Assembly (NCBI GenBank): GCA_023261645.1
Contig: JAHFOO010000002.1
Span: 1 to 63,178 of the forward strand
DNA from: Candidatus Moraniibacteriota bacterium
Lineage (GTDB): Bacteria > Patescibacteriota > Minisyncoccia > Moranbacterales > UBA1568
Direction of reading: 5' to 3'
DNA length: 63,178 nucleotides
Positions within the stretch are counted from its first letter, which is position 1. Each line of letters starts with the position of its first letter. Below are positions 40,165-50,407 of the stretch, in pieces. The position numbers were made by a program, and so were the translations under genes. The notes beneath the pieces are model-generated. The model was not told the origin of the DNA. It ran no database searches and worked only from the letters and a program-made list of their open reading frames with translations.

Positions 40165-41211
40165 ATGTCACTGAAACATATTGAACAAGGCAATTTCGAA
40201 AATGCACGTGTCTTGATGAGAGTGGATTTCAATGTCGAATTCAAAAATGTAAACGAGGTGCAGGAACACTTCCGTTTCGACATAGTGAAGAAGACAGTGG
40301 ACTTCGTTCTCGGATTTCCAGGAACGAAACTGGCACTCCTGACACATTTTGGTCGTCCGGAGGGGAAAGATGCGAATTTTTCCGTGAAGCAGATCGTCTC
40401 GACAGTAGAAGCGACACTTGGTCGCAGAGTCGTTTTCGTTGATGATTGTATCGGTGATACGGTAGAATCGGCACTTGAAAACCTCGCTCCAGGGGAAGTG
40501 CTTCTTTTGGAAAATGTTCGTTTTTATGAAGGAGAAGAAAAAAATGATCCGCAGTTTGCCGAAAAACTGGCCGAACACTTCACTGTTTTCGTAAATGAGG
40601 CGTTCAGCGTCTGTCATAGAGAACATGCTTCGATTGTCGGTGTACCGAAATTATTGCCATCGTATGCCGGATTTCATATTCTTGAAGAAGTAGAGAAACT
40701 TGATGATGCTATCTCTGCCCCGAAACACCCTGCGGTAGCAATCATCGGTGGAGCAAAAATCGAGACAAAATTGCCTCTCATCCGTATGTTCGAAGAGAAA
40801 TATGATTGTATTCTCGTTGGAGGAAAAGTCGCCAATGAGGCTCTTGATCAGAATATTGCTTTTTCTGAAAAAGTGCTTCTGCCTCAAGATTTTGACTCCT
40901 CGCTTCGTCTGGATATCGGACCGAAAACGATTTCTTATTTCATCCAAATCATCAAAGTAGCGAAAACGATCGTGTGGAACGGACCGATGGGGAAATTTGA
41001 AGAGAAGCCGTATGATATCGGTACGGAGGCTATCCTTTATGCTATCCTCGAAAGCAATGCATATGTCATTATTGGTGGAGGAGAATCGTTGGCCGTGCTT
41101 GAGAAAGCAGGTGTGATGAACAAGATCGGATTTGTTTCTTCTGGAGGCGGGGCGATGCTCGAATATTTGAGCGGGAAGAAATTGCCGGGTTTGGAAGCGT
41201 TGGAGAGCTGA
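40165..41211 (+). CDS. pgk: phosphoglycerate kinase (compact, 348 aa)
   Basis: RVDFNV, HFGRPEG, LLENVRF, IGGAK, WNGPMG, SSGGGAMLEYL. Confidence 0.95.
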   Translation: MSLKHIEQGNFENARVLMRVDFNVEFKNVNEVQEHFRFDIVKKTVDFVLGFPGTKLALLTHFGRPEGKDANFSVKQIVSTVEATLGRRVVFVDDCIGDTVESALENLAPGEVLLLENVRFYEGEEKNDPQFAEKLAEHFTVFVNEAFSVCHREHASIVGVPKLLPSYAGFHILEEVEKLDDAISAPKHPAVAIIGGAKIETKLPLIRMFEEKYDCILVGGKVANEALDQNIAFSEKVLLPQDFDSSLRLDIGPKTISYFIQIIKVAKTIVWNGPMGKFEEKPYDIGTEAILYAILESNAYVIIGGGESLAVLEKAGVMNKIGFVSSGGGAMLEYLSGKKLPGLEALES

Positions 41212-41257
41212 GATATGACGGAGAGAAAAAGATAAATGAGATATGATAAGAAAAAAT

Positions 41258-42535
41258 ATGGCAAAAATCACTGAAATACGTGGGAGAGAGATCCTGGATT
41301 CACGTGGCAATCCGACCGTGGAGGTACGAGTGAGGCTGGATGATGGGACGGAGGCGTTTGCTGGCGTGCCATCAGGAGCTTCGACGGGAGCATTCGAAGC
41401 GGTGGAGCTTCGTGATAATGACCCGAATCGTTATGGTGGTCTGGGTGTTTTGAACGCCATAGAGAATGTAAATGAGGAACTTGCTCAGGCAGTCATCGGT
41501 ATGGAAGCAGATGATCAAAAGACGTTGGACAAGAGGATGATTGCACTCGACGGCACAGAAAACAAAGCTCGTTTGGGCGCCAATGCTATTTTGGGAGTTT
41601 CTTTGGCCGTCTGTCGAGCTGCTGCCAAGAGTAAGAATCTGCCTCTTTATATGCATATTTCGACACTTCTTTCTAAAAAGAAGAAAACGTTCACACTGCC
41701 TGTTCCGATGTTCAATATTTTAAACGGTGGTAAACATAGTGACTCCGGACTTTCCGTGCAAGAGTTCAAGATTATTCCTGCCGGAATCAAAGAATACAAA
41801 GAGCAATTACGTGCAGGTGCTGAGATTTTTCATACTTTGAAAAAACTGTTGGAACGAGAACGACTGGCAGTAGGAGTAGGTGATGAAGGGGGTTTCGCTC
41901 CGCATCTGGAAAGCCACGCGCAGGCACTGGAAATGATTATTCGAGCCATAACAGAGGCCGGATACGCTCCTGGCAAGCAGATATTCATCGGTCTCGATGT
42001 CGCCGCCAATTCTTTCTATGATGCGAGTGAAGATCAGTATGTTCTCAAGCCGGAAGGCGTCTCTCTTTCGCGCGAAAGTCTTATCAACGTGTATCGTGAA
42101 TGGATACAGAAATATTTCGTAGTCTCCATCGAAGACGGATTGCACGAAGAGGATTGGACCGGCTGGGCTTTGATGCAAGAAAAGTTGGGTAAAGAAGAGA
42201 CTGCGTGGAAAAAACCGCTTTTGTTCATCGGTGATGATCTCTTGGTGACGAATGTAAAACGCTTGAAGAAGGCTATCACGATGCACTCTTGTAATTCTGT
42301 TCTGATCAAACTGAATCAGATCGGCACAGTCACAGAAACGATTGTCTGTATGGAGTTGGCGGAGAAGCAGAAGATGAAGCGTATGATATCGCATCGTTCC
42401 GGTGAGACCACTGATGATTTCATCACGGATTTTGCCGTCGGAACTCATGCGGAATTTATCAAATCAGGATCGCTCTCGCGTGGTGAACGTATCGTCAAAT
42501 ACAATCGGCTATCGGAGATCTTTGACGTGGTATAA
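41258..42535 (+). CDS. eno: enolase
   Basis: REILDSRGNPTVE, VPSGASTG, VGDEGGFAP, SHRSGET. Confidence 0.98.
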   Translation: MAKITEIRGREILDSRGNPTVEVRVRLDDGTEAFAGVPSGASTGAFEAVELRDNDPNRYGGLGVLNAIENVNEELAQAVIGMEADDQKTLDKRMIALDGTENKARLGANAILGVSLAVCRAAAKSKNLPLYMHISTLLSKKKKTFTLPVPMFNILNGGKHSDSGLSVQEFKIIPAGIKEYKEQLRAGAEIFHTLKKLLERERLAVGVGDEGGFAPHLESHAQALEMIIRAITEAGYAPGKQIFIGLDVAANSFYDASEDQYVLKPEGVSLSRESLINVYREWIQKYFVVSIEDGLHEEDWTGWALMQEKLGKEETAWKKPLLFIGDDLLVTNVKRLKKAITMHSCNSVLIKLNQIGTVTETIVCMELAEKQKMKRMISHRSGETTDDFITDFAVGTHAEFIKSGSLSRGERIVKYNRLSEIFDVV

Positions 42536-42646
42536 TGAGGATGCTCTGTGAAAGAAGGTGGAATCATTTTTTGAGGATTCAGAAAACCTTTCAGATGCTG
42601 TCGAGGGATACTCAAAGAAATCATAAAAAACAGACAAGATAAAAAT

Positions 42647-43675
42647 ATGTTTTTCATCGCTCCATCGTATAGAGTCATCTGTGTCGGATCGACATCAAAA
42701 GATATCTTTTTTCCAACGGATGAAGGTATTATTATAGCGACACCGGAAGACATCACCTCTCAGCAGAAGATTGCTTTCGAATTGGGCGGTAAATATCGTG
42801 TAGAGAATCGCTATGAGGCTGTAGGCGGGGTGGCTACCAATGTTTCGCACGGTCTTGTTCGTCTGGGGCATCGTGCCGCTTGCTATAGCAAGATAGGGAA
42901 CGATGAAACAGGAGACTGGATTTTAGATGAATTCAAGCAAGAGAAAGTACCCACTGACTTATTGTCCGTTGATACTCTCGCAAAAACCGATCTGTCCGCT
43001 ATCATCGTTCTGACACAGAATGGCGAACGGACTATTTTTCACAATCGTGATGCTAATGAAAAATTGGAAATTATCGATGAAAAATTCAAGAATACTGAAT
43101 GGGTTTTTGTCAGTGCTTTGAATGGTGATTGGCGGAGAAATATGAAGAAAATTCTTCTGCTCAAGGAAAGATACGGCTTCTCTCTCGCGGTCAATCCAGG
43201 ACAGCACAATATCAAAGAAGATGTTTCGGCCGTATCGGCAATGATAGCGGTCAGTGATGTGCTCGTACTGAACAAAGATGAGGCGATTGAACTCGTTATG
43301 CAAACAAAGAAAGATCTGCCGAAAGAACGTCTCGAGGATGAATTGTTTTTATTGGAAACTCTGCATCGTGCCGGTGCGAAAATTGTCGGTATGACAGATG
43401 GCAAGCGAGGCGCCTGGAGTTTTGATGGAAAGGAATATTGGTTCTGTTCCATTCATACACGAAACAAGGTGATCGATACGACGGGGGCAGGAGACGCCTT
43501 TGGATCCGGATTCTTTTCGGCGCTCCTGGAAGGCCGATCCATCGAATATGGACTCAAATACGGTATAGCCAATAGCGGAAGCGTCGTTGGTGAATATGGA
43601 GCCATCAAGGGTCTCCTCTCGCAGGATATTCTGAAGACTTTTCTGGGAAAGATTGTTCCTGAGCGTTTAAATTGA
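42647..43675 (+). CDS. PfkB-family carbohydrate kinase
   Basis: GGVATNV, DTTGAGDAFGSGF. Confidence 0.9.
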   Translation: MFFIAPSYRVICVGSTSKDIFFPTDEGIIIATPEDITSQQKIAFELGGKYRVENRYEAVGGVATNVSHGLVRLGHRAACYSKIGNDETGDWILDEFKQEKVPTDLLSVDTLAKTDLSAIIVLTQNGERTIFHNRDANEKLEIIDEKFKNTEWVFVSALNGDWRRNMKKILLLKERYGFSLAVNPGQHNIKEDVSAVSAMIAVSDVLVLNKDEAIELVMQTKKDLPKERLEDELFLLETLHRAGAKIVGMTDGKRGAWSFDGKEYWFCSIHTRNKVIDTTGAGDAFGSGFFSALLEGRSIEYGLKYGIANSGSVVGEYGAIKGLLSQDILKTFLGKIVPERLN

Positions 43676-43683
43676 AATTTTTT

Positions 43684-44952
43684 ATGGGAATTTTCTCAAA
43701 ATTGTCGTGGAAAAAAGATGCAAATCTGATTCTCGCTCTTGATATAGGCACCGAGGTCGTCAAAGCCCTCATTTTTCGTGTCGATAAGGATCAAAAGCAC
43801 GGTGTGGTCATCGGAGTCGGACGCGTACCTCAGAAAATCGGCAATATGCAAAGTGGTGCCGTTTCGGATATCAGCGGTGTCATACGATCTTCACGTGAAG
43901 CCATTGCGCTGGCCAAAGAGAAAGCACAAGTGAAACGAGTCGAAAAAAGCATCATCGGTATTGCAGGTGAGCTCGTGAAAGGGACGACGACGACCGTACA
44001 TTATGAGCGAGTCAATCCTGAAATGCATATCGGTATCTCCGAGTTGAAGATGATCATTCAGAAGGTCCAAGAAAAAGCATACCAGCGTATCAAGCAACAA
44101 CTGACCTGGGAGACGGGGCAGGACGATATCGATGTGAAACTTATCAATGCGGCTATCGTGGATGTGCGCATCGATGGATATCATATATTGAATCCGGTCA
44201 ATTTTCAGGGACGTGACGTTTCGATGAGCGTTTTCAATGCGTATGCACCGATGATTCATCTGGGTGCCTTACAGACGATTGCCGATGAACTCGATTTGGA
44301 TCTTCTTTCCATTGCGGCGGAACCATATGCGGTGGCGCGTTCTATCGAGGTTGAAGATATGATTGATTTCAGCGCTATTTTCATCGACATCGGAGGAGGG
44401 ACGACTGATATCGCTGTTGTCCGGAATGGTGGTTTGGAAGGAACGAAGATGTTTGCGCTCGGAGGGAGGGCTTTCACTAAACGGTTGGCACAAGAATTCA
44501 GTGTGAGTTTTGATATTGCTGAACAGATGAAAATCGATTATTCCAATGGTCAGCTAAAGAATGAGGATGGTACGCGTATCGCACTCCTTTATGAGGATGA
44601 TTGCCGTGTCTGGCTTGGCGGAGTGGAACTGTCACTTTTGGAATTTGCGGAGACTGACTTACTGCCGTCGCGTATTTTCCTCTGTGGTGGAGGTTCAGCA
44701 TTGCCAGGGATCAAGCAGGCTCTGCTTTCCACGGAATGGGCACAGAAACTTCCTTTTGCCAAACAGCCACAAGTAGGTTTCTTACAGCCACGCGATATCG
44801 TCCGGATTGTTGATGCGACCGGTGAACTGAATAACCCTCAGGATATCACTCCGATCGGACTCGCCAATCTTGCTTTATTGGATCATATTGAGGAAGAGAA
44901 AATGCTTTCGAGTATTTTACGGAGAAGCGTGGAGTCTCTCGGAAAAAAATAG
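43684..44952 (+). CDS. ftsA: cell division protein FtsA-like actin ATPase
   Basis: ALDIGTE, IDIGGGTTD, LCGGGSAL. Confidence 0.8.
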   Translation: MGIFSKLSWKKDANLILALDIGTEVVKALIFRVDKDQKHGVVIGVGRVPQKIGNMQSGAVSDISGVIRSSREAIALAKEKAQVKRVEKSIIGIAGELVKGTTTTVHYERVNPEMHIGISELKMIIQKVQEKAYQRIKQQLTWETGQDDIDVKLINAAIVDVRIDGYHILNPVNFQGRDVSMSVFNAYAPMIHLGALQTIADELDLDLLSIAAEPYAVARSIEVEDMIDFSAIFIDIGGGTTDIAVVRNGGLEGTKMFALGGRAFTKRLAQEFSVSFDIAEQMKIDYSNGQLKNEDGTRIALLYEDDCRVWLGGVELSLLEFAETDLLPSRIFLCGGGSALPGIKQALLSTEWAQKLPFAKQPQVGFLQPRDIVRIVDATGELNNPQDITPIGLANLALLDHIEEEKMLSSILRRSVESLGKK

Positions 44953-45059
44953 CAAGAGATTTCAGAGAGAGGATGAGTAGTTACAAATCATCAAAAATGT
45001 TCTAGAATGAGAAGAGTTGCAGGGTATTTCCATTGAATTTTTTAAATTTTTTACTTCAT

Positions 45060-46970
45060 ATGCCACAGACCTTCTATATCGAATCTGATGAGGAGATCAT
45101 CTCTGTTATCGGACATTTGCGGAAATCTTCTCAAGAAGAGAATATTTTCGTTTTTCCGAAACGTGCTCTTGTCTTGCAGAGCATCATCAATCTGAGGCTT
45201 TTAGAGCGTGAAGCGGAAAAATTGGGAAAGAAAATAGTTGTTGTCAGTCAGGACGAGGTCGGAAGAATGTTGGCTGAAAAGGCAGGTATCGAGACAGAAA
45301 ATTATTCGGAGGATTTCTCTCAAAAAGCCTATCATATGGAACTCATTCCCGAAGAATCTACAGGAACATCGGCACAGCCTCTTTCGGGAGAAGTCGTATC
45401 GAAAGAAGGAAATATGCCACATTTCGACGCTATCGGGAGCAGTAATTTTTATACGGCGCGTGAACCGGTGTCAAGTGTCAAAGATACACCGACACCTACA
45501 GTTCCGATTCGATCCGCTGTACCGCTTCGTGTACGGAATACGACTCCGGAAAAATTGACCAGCTTGAATTCCAAGCGTTTCGATCGGATGCCGGCGTCAT
45601 CAGAAATGAAGTCTCCATCTCGCATTTCGGATGTCGCAACTTTTCCTGCTCCGCCCACTCAGTCGTCCTTTCCAGAACCAAAACGCACATCGGAATCAGG
45701 TCGCAGTGAACGATTGAAGAATTTCTATGGCGGTACGACGGAAGCGGCAGTGACCACTCGTGCAGAAGAACCAAGACCGGTATCGAGCACGGCTGTCGGT
45801 AAGCGGGCACATATGATTTTCTTTGCTCTCGGGGGGATTTCGCTTCTTTCTCTCGTCGCTGTTATTCTTTTCTTCTTTCTTCCGAAAGCAGAAGTGCGGG
45901 TGACACCGTATAGGATAGTGCAGACCGTCGATAAAGAATTTGATGGTACAGCCGGTGATTCTTCTTCAGATGGGAATCCTCTCGCAATCCGTATCCTTGA
46001 GAAGGAAAAAGAAGTTTCCGTAACCGTCACCACTACCGGTACATCAGGGGGGACGAGCCAAAAAGCGCGCGGAGCGGTTATTATTTATAACAATTATAGT
46101 ACGGACCCACAGTCTCTCGTGGCTACTACCCGATTCGAAACAACAGATGGAAAGGTTTTTCGATTGGAGAGTGGTGTGACAGTACCAGCTATGACGACTA
46201 TCAATGGTAAGCAGGAACCGGGAGCGATCGAAGCGCAGGTTATCGCTGATCAGGCGGGAGAAACATATAACGTCGATGCTACAACATTCACCATTCCTGG
46301 ATTCAAGGGTGGTTCGAAATATGACAAGTTTTCCGCCAAATCAACCAAGGCGATGGTTGGTGGTGGCAGTAGCGGAGTATCTGATGTTGCTATCGTTGCA
46401 AAAGTCGATCTGGACACTGCTCTCCGTGAAGCCAAAGAAAAAGCGAAAGAAGAATTCTTGAATGAAGTTCGTGATGGATTGGCCGAGGGAGAAAAAATAT
46501 TGGAAGATCAAATCGATATTGTTCCGCTTGTTTCACCCGATCTGCCGTCAGTTGGCACGGTGGCGAATGCACTCGACTACAAAGGTTCATTCACAGTGCG
46601 TGCGTTTATTTTTTCGGAGAAATCCGTGAAAGAGAAGGTGCAAGATGCAAGCGAGAAGAACGTTCAAAACATACTTTTTCAGCCGATATCTTCAAGCGTC
46701 ACGTATACCGATTCTTCGACAGATTTTTCTCAAGGAGTAGCCCGTATCAAGGCGCATGCACTTGTGACTATGGAATCTGACATCGATGAAGAAAAACTTC
46801 GAGAGATGCTCTTGGGGAAAAACGAAGAAGGTATTAAGCAGGTAATGGAGAGTTTTCCAGAAATAAAGAATATTCAAGTACTCTTTCATCCGGAGTGGTT
46901 TGTGTCGAGTGTTCCAAACTCTCTAAAGCGGGTTTCCATCGTGACTTTGCCAGGAGAAGAGAAGCCATAG
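45060..46970 (+). CDS. single-TM protein with a disordered N-terminal half and a baseplate-J-like C-terminal domain
   Basis: FYIESDEEIISVI N-terminus; TM at FFALGG...FFLP; KARGAVIIYN, QSLVATTRF, YNVDATTFTIPG. Confidence 0.7.
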   Translation: MPQTFYIESDEEIISVIGHLRKSSQEENIFVFPKRALVLQSIINLRLLEREAEKLGKKIVVVSQDEVGRMLAEKAGIETENYSEDFSQKAYHMELIPEESTGTSAQPLSGEVVSKEGNMPHFDAIGSSNFYTAREPVSSVKDTPTPTVPIRSAVPLRVRNTTPEKLTSLNSKRFDRMPASSEMKSPSRISDVATFPAPPTQSSFPEPKRTSESGRSERLKNFYGGTTEAAVTTRAEEPRPVSSTAVGKRAHMIFFALGGISLLSLVAVILFFFLPKAEVRVTPYRIVQTVDKEFDGTAGDSSSDGNPLAIRILEKEKEVSVTVTTTGTSGGTSQKARGAVIIYNNYSTDPQSLVATTRFETTDGKVFRLESGVTVPAMTTINGKQEPGAIEAQVIADQAGETYNVDATTFTIPGFKGGSKYDKFSAKSTKAMVGGGSSGVSDVAIVAKVDLDTALREAKEKAKEEFLNEVRDGLAEGEKILEDQIDIVPLVSPDLPSVGTVANALDYKGSFTVRAFIFSEKSVKEKVQDASEKNVQNILFQPISSSVTYTDSSTDFSQGVARIKAHALVTMESDIDEEKLREMLLGKNEEGIKQVMESFPEIKNIQVLFHPEWFVSSVPNSLKRVSIVTLPGEEKP

Positions 46971-47020
46971 GTGTCTTGCTGTGATGGAGAATTATTGATA
47001 GAATATTTTTTAAGAAATAT

Positions 47021-47296
47021 ATGATTATGAGAGACGATACCACTGAAGAAAAGGCACATCGACAGACGGAGATGAGGAATTCTCAAGCAGCCTTGTTTTC
47101 TTTGCAGTCTGACAGAAAACGTTTGGAGCATAAGCAAAGCGATGTACAGACAGAAATCCGTCGAATACGTTCAGAAATCTCTCATCTCAAAGCCAGTTTG
47201 GAAGACAAGGAGATAGCCTTGCAATCATTTACCAGGGAAGGAGAACTTATGGATGAGGAAATCGCCCGCGTGAAGAAGCAGATGAACAGCCTTTGA
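47021..47296 (+). CDS. coiled-coil hypothetical protein
   Basis: 91 aa with heptad-like charged sequence. Confidence 0.7.
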   Translation: MIMRDDTTEEKAHRQTEMRNSQAALFSLQSDRKRLEHKQSDVQTEIRRIRSEISHLKASLEDKEIALQSFTREGELMDEEIARVKKQMNSL

Positions 47297-47315
47297 TACA
47301 CCTATATATTCGAGT

Positions 47316-47555
47316 ATGAGTAACGATACTTTTGTGAAGGATGTGTGCGAGCTGGTTGTCAAAGAAGCCGGTGTGGATATTTCTGTATCGCATATGAGAA
47401 AATTGAACGATACTCGACGGGATTATTATGAAAAAGGGGTGATGGAATCTCCTTCTGATGTCATAGAGAGAGTGGAAGATATTTTTTCCGATGTCGTTTT
47501 CGATTCTACGAAGCGTCGCCATATCCGTCAAGGATTAGTACGAGTGTTAAGATAG
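47316..47555 (+). CDS. hypothetical protein
   Basis: 79 aa ORF filling the gap before alaS, same strand. Confidence 0.65.
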   Translation: MSNDTFVKDVCELVVKEAGVDISVSHMRKLNDTRRDYYEKGVMESPSDVIERVEDIFSDVVFDSTKRRHIRQGLVRVLR

Positions 47556-47569
47556 TAAGATTTTTTATC

Positions 47570-49450
47570 ATGCAAATGTTCGATATCCGAAAAAAATACC
47601 TAGAATTTTTCAAAAAACAGGGTCATACGATTATCGCTTCGGCGCCACTTGTGCCGGAAAATGATTCGACAACACTCTTTACCGGTTCTGGAATGCAACC
47701 TATTCTGCCATACCTCCTGGGTACAGTACACCCATCCGGTACGCGCATCACGGATTCACAGAAATGTTTCCGTGCCCAAGATATCGAAGAAGTCGGTGAT
47801 AATCGCCATACGACTTTTTTTGAGATGCTTGGAAATTGGTCATTCGGAGATTATTTCAAACAAGAACAGCTTGCCTGGATGTGGGAGTTTCTGACAGAAG
47901 AAATACAACTTGATCCGAATCATCTTTATTTTACCTGTTTCAGGGGGAATGAAGATCTTGGTATTCCGAAGGATACCGAATCAGCTTCGCTCTGGCAAAA
48001 CTTTTTTTTGAAGAGAGGAATAGAGGCAAAAATAGGGGAGGATCCGGAACGGAACGGCATTCGTCCAGATGAGAAAATATTTTATTATTCTGAAAAGAAG
48101 AATTGGTGGAGTCGTTCAGGTATTCCGGAAACTATGCCGGAAGGCGAGCCGGGAGGCCCCGATACAGAAATGTTCTGGGATTTCGGAGCAGAACGAGAGT
48201 TGCACGAGAAATCTCTCTGGAAAGACAAACCGTGCCACGTGAATTGTGATTGTGGTCGATTTATGGAAATCGGCAACAATGTTTTTATGGAATACAAGAA
48301 GACAGCCGGTGGATTCGAGAAATTGGCTCAGATAAATGTTGATTTTGGAGGAGGATTGGAACGCTTTATCGCTGCCAAGGGAAATAATCCGGATATGTTT
48401 TTGGGATATATTTTCGATACATTGCGTACGTCTGTAGAAAGTCTTGCTCACAAGAGATATGGAGAAAATGAAGAACACACCTATGCTTTCCGTGTGTTGA
48501 TGGACCATATGCGTGCAGCGACATTCCTCATTGCCGATGGAGTCTTGCCATCGAATACGGATCAAGGCTATGTCTTACGGAGGTTGCTCAGGCGGGCAGT
48601 GCGTTATGCCGATATACTTGATATTGCACCGCAATCGCTCTCTTCGTGTGTTTTGGCTCTTGTGTCGGAGTATGAGAATGCGTATCCATATTTTTCAGAA
48701 AAAGAGCAGAACATCGTTTCAGTCATTGACAGAGAAGAAGCGAAGTTCCGTGAGACGCTCACACGTGGTATGAAAGAGCTGGAAAAACGTTTGGGCGGTG
48801 GAGACATATTGAACGGAATAGATGCTTTCGAGCTGTTTTCCACGTATGGGTTTCCTCTTGAAATGACAGAAGAGATTGTCAAGGAGAAAGGCGGGAAAAT
48901 AGATGAAGAAGAGTTCAAGAAGGAATTTATGAAACACCAGGACCTTTCACGGGCGGGAAGTGTTGGTAAATTCAAGGGCGGGCTTGTCGATCAGAGTGAA
49001 ATATCCGTCAAATATCATACTGCGACGCATCTTCTGCAACAAGCTCTGAGGGAAGTACTCGGTAAACACGTATTCCAGAAAGGGAGCAATATTACACCGG
49101 AACGCCTACGCTTCGATTTCTCTCATCCGACGAAGATGACGGAGGAGCAGAAAAAGGAGGTGGAACAAATCATCAATCAAAAAATTGCTGAAAGTTTGAC
49201 AGTTACTTTTGAAGATTTACCTCTTGCTGAGGCGGAGAAACTCGGTGCCATAGGACTCTTTGAAGAGAGGTATGGCGATACGGTACGTGTATATAAAATA
49301 GGCCCTTCGACAGACTCAGAACAAGCGTACTCACTCGAGTTTTGTGGCGGACCGCATGTGACGAATACCGGCGAGCTGGGACATTTCAGAATTACGAAGG
49401 AAGAGGCTTGTTCGGCCGGTATCCGCCGTATCAAGGCTATTCTGGAATAG
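47570..49450 (+). CDS. alaS: alanine--tRNA ligase (short form, no C-Ala domain)
   Basis: LFTGSGMQP, RHTTFFEMLGNWSFGDYFK, HTATHLL, EFCGGPH, AGIRRIKA at the extreme C-terminus. Confidence 0.97.
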   Translation: MQMFDIRKKYLEFFKKQGHTIIASAPLVPENDSTTLFTGSGMQPILPYLLGTVHPSGTRITDSQKCFRAQDIEEVGDNRHTTFFEMLGNWSFGDYFKQEQLAWMWEFLTEEIQLDPNHLYFTCFRGNEDLGIPKDTESASLWQNFFLKRGIEAKIGEDPERNGIRPDEKIFYYSEKKNWWSRSGIPETMPEGEPGGPDTEMFWDFGAERELHEKSLWKDKPCHVNCDCGRFMEIGNNVFMEYKKTAGGFEKLAQINVDFGGGLERFIAAKGNNPDMFLGYIFDTLRTSVESLAHKRYGENEEHTYAFRVLMDHMRAATFLIADGVLPSNTDQGYVLRRLLRRAVRYADILDIAPQSLSSCVLALVSEYENAYPYFSEKEQNIVSVIDREEAKFRETLTRGMKELEKRLGGGDILNGIDAFELFSTYGFPLEMTEEIVKEKGGKIDEEEFKKEFMKHQDLSRAGSVGKFKGGLVDQSEISVKYHTATHLLQQALREVLGKHVFQKGSNITPERLRFDFSHPTKMTEEQKKEVEQIINQKIAESLTVTFEDLPLAEAEKLGAIGLFEERYGDTVRVYKIGPSTDSEQAYSLEFCGGPHVTNTGELGHFRITKEEACSAGIRRIKAILE

Positions 49451-49472
49451 ATTTTTTCTGCAGAAAAAAATT

Positions 49473-49512
49473 GAGCCCTACGACGCAGTTGCGTGGTAGG
49501 GCTCTCTTTTTT
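49473..49512. terminator. bidirectional terminator
   Basis: GAGCCCTAC/GTAGGGCTC plus T-run. Confidence 0.7.
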
Positions 49513-49513
49513 G

Positions 49514-50104
49514 TTAGGCACAGAGTCGAGAGAGGAGGCCGAGGGCTTGTTGATAGCCCTTGATTCCAATCCAGACTGGTAAGAAAAATTCTTTGTTACC
49601 AGTCAGGCTCATCTTCTCCAATGCTCTTCCTGGAAGGGTTTCATAGCAATCGAATCCGCTATGTTTGTATCTCTCCAAAAGGCGTTTACGAATGGTTACA
49701 TAAAAACCTGGTACACCTCGTTCACTCAGATACCCGAGGAGGTGTCCGAGGAATTGAAGCGAATAAGGCGTTGCTTCGGGCGTGCTTGTCATCCGAGAAA
49801 TTTCCACGGAACCGAGTGGCACCGTTTGAGGGTTTTCCAGGAACGTTGCAACCGGGAGAGGAAATACTGATGTGCTCCAGATGAGACGACATCCAGCACT
49901 GACTCTCCCGTCGTGACGAGCAAGCAGAATGTAGTCGCAACGACTGAAGCGGTCATAGCCATCCTGCTCCATTCCATCGGCAGAAATCGGTTCCCAACCG
50001 TATTTGACAGCGAATTGCTCATGCCGACGCCTGAAATGATCTTCTACAAGTCTCATTTGTTCTGTGTTTTTGTGACCAGCCGGGACGAGAAGAGGACTAT
50101 ACAT
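49514..50104 (-). CDS. LuxI-family acyl-homoserine-lactone synthase-like N-acyltransferase
   Basis: FRRRHEQF...YGWE, GMEQDGYD, AGCRL, VEISRM match the invariant LuxI residues. Confidence 0.78.
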   Translation of the reverse strand: MYSPLLVPAGHKNTEQMRLVEDHFRRRHEQFAVKYGWEPISADGMEQDGYDRFSRCDYILLARHDGRVSAGCRLIWSTSVFPLPVATFLENPQTVPLGSVEISRMTSTPEATPYSLQFLGHLLGYLSERGVPGFYVTIRKRLLERYKHSGFDCYETLPGRALEKMSLTGNKEFFLPVWIGIKGYQQALGLLSRLCA

Positions 50105-50278
50105 CCTTTCATTCGAGCCTTCGATGAAACTTTCTTCTGATGAACAGATTTTTTCCATTTTTTACTCCAATGCGAGCCGTATTCCTTCCCCGGGTAAGGG
50201 GATACGAAATAGAAGAGCCCACCGGGAGCAAAAATAAAAAAGAAACAATGGTAACTATTGTTAATGATCTAACGGAAC

Positions 50279-50307
50279 ATTTTACACCGAGAAGATGATT
50301 CTGTCAA
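50279..50307 (-). promoter_or_regulatory. sigma70-type promoter for the LuxI-like gene
   Basis: Minus strand TTGACA-17 nt-TAAAAT. Confidence 0.6.
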
Positions 50308-50346
50308 TAGTCCAAAACTACCGGTTCTCGGAGCCACTCCTGGTAT

Positions 50347-50375
50347 TTGACAGCTCAGAAGAAATACCGTATAGT
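50347..50375 (+). promoter_or_regulatory. sigma70-type promoter of rplU
   Basis: TTGACA-17 nt-TATAGT. Confidence 0.7.
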
Positions 50376-50407
50376 GAATAGGTTCAATAAGTTGATATTT
50401 TTGGTGT

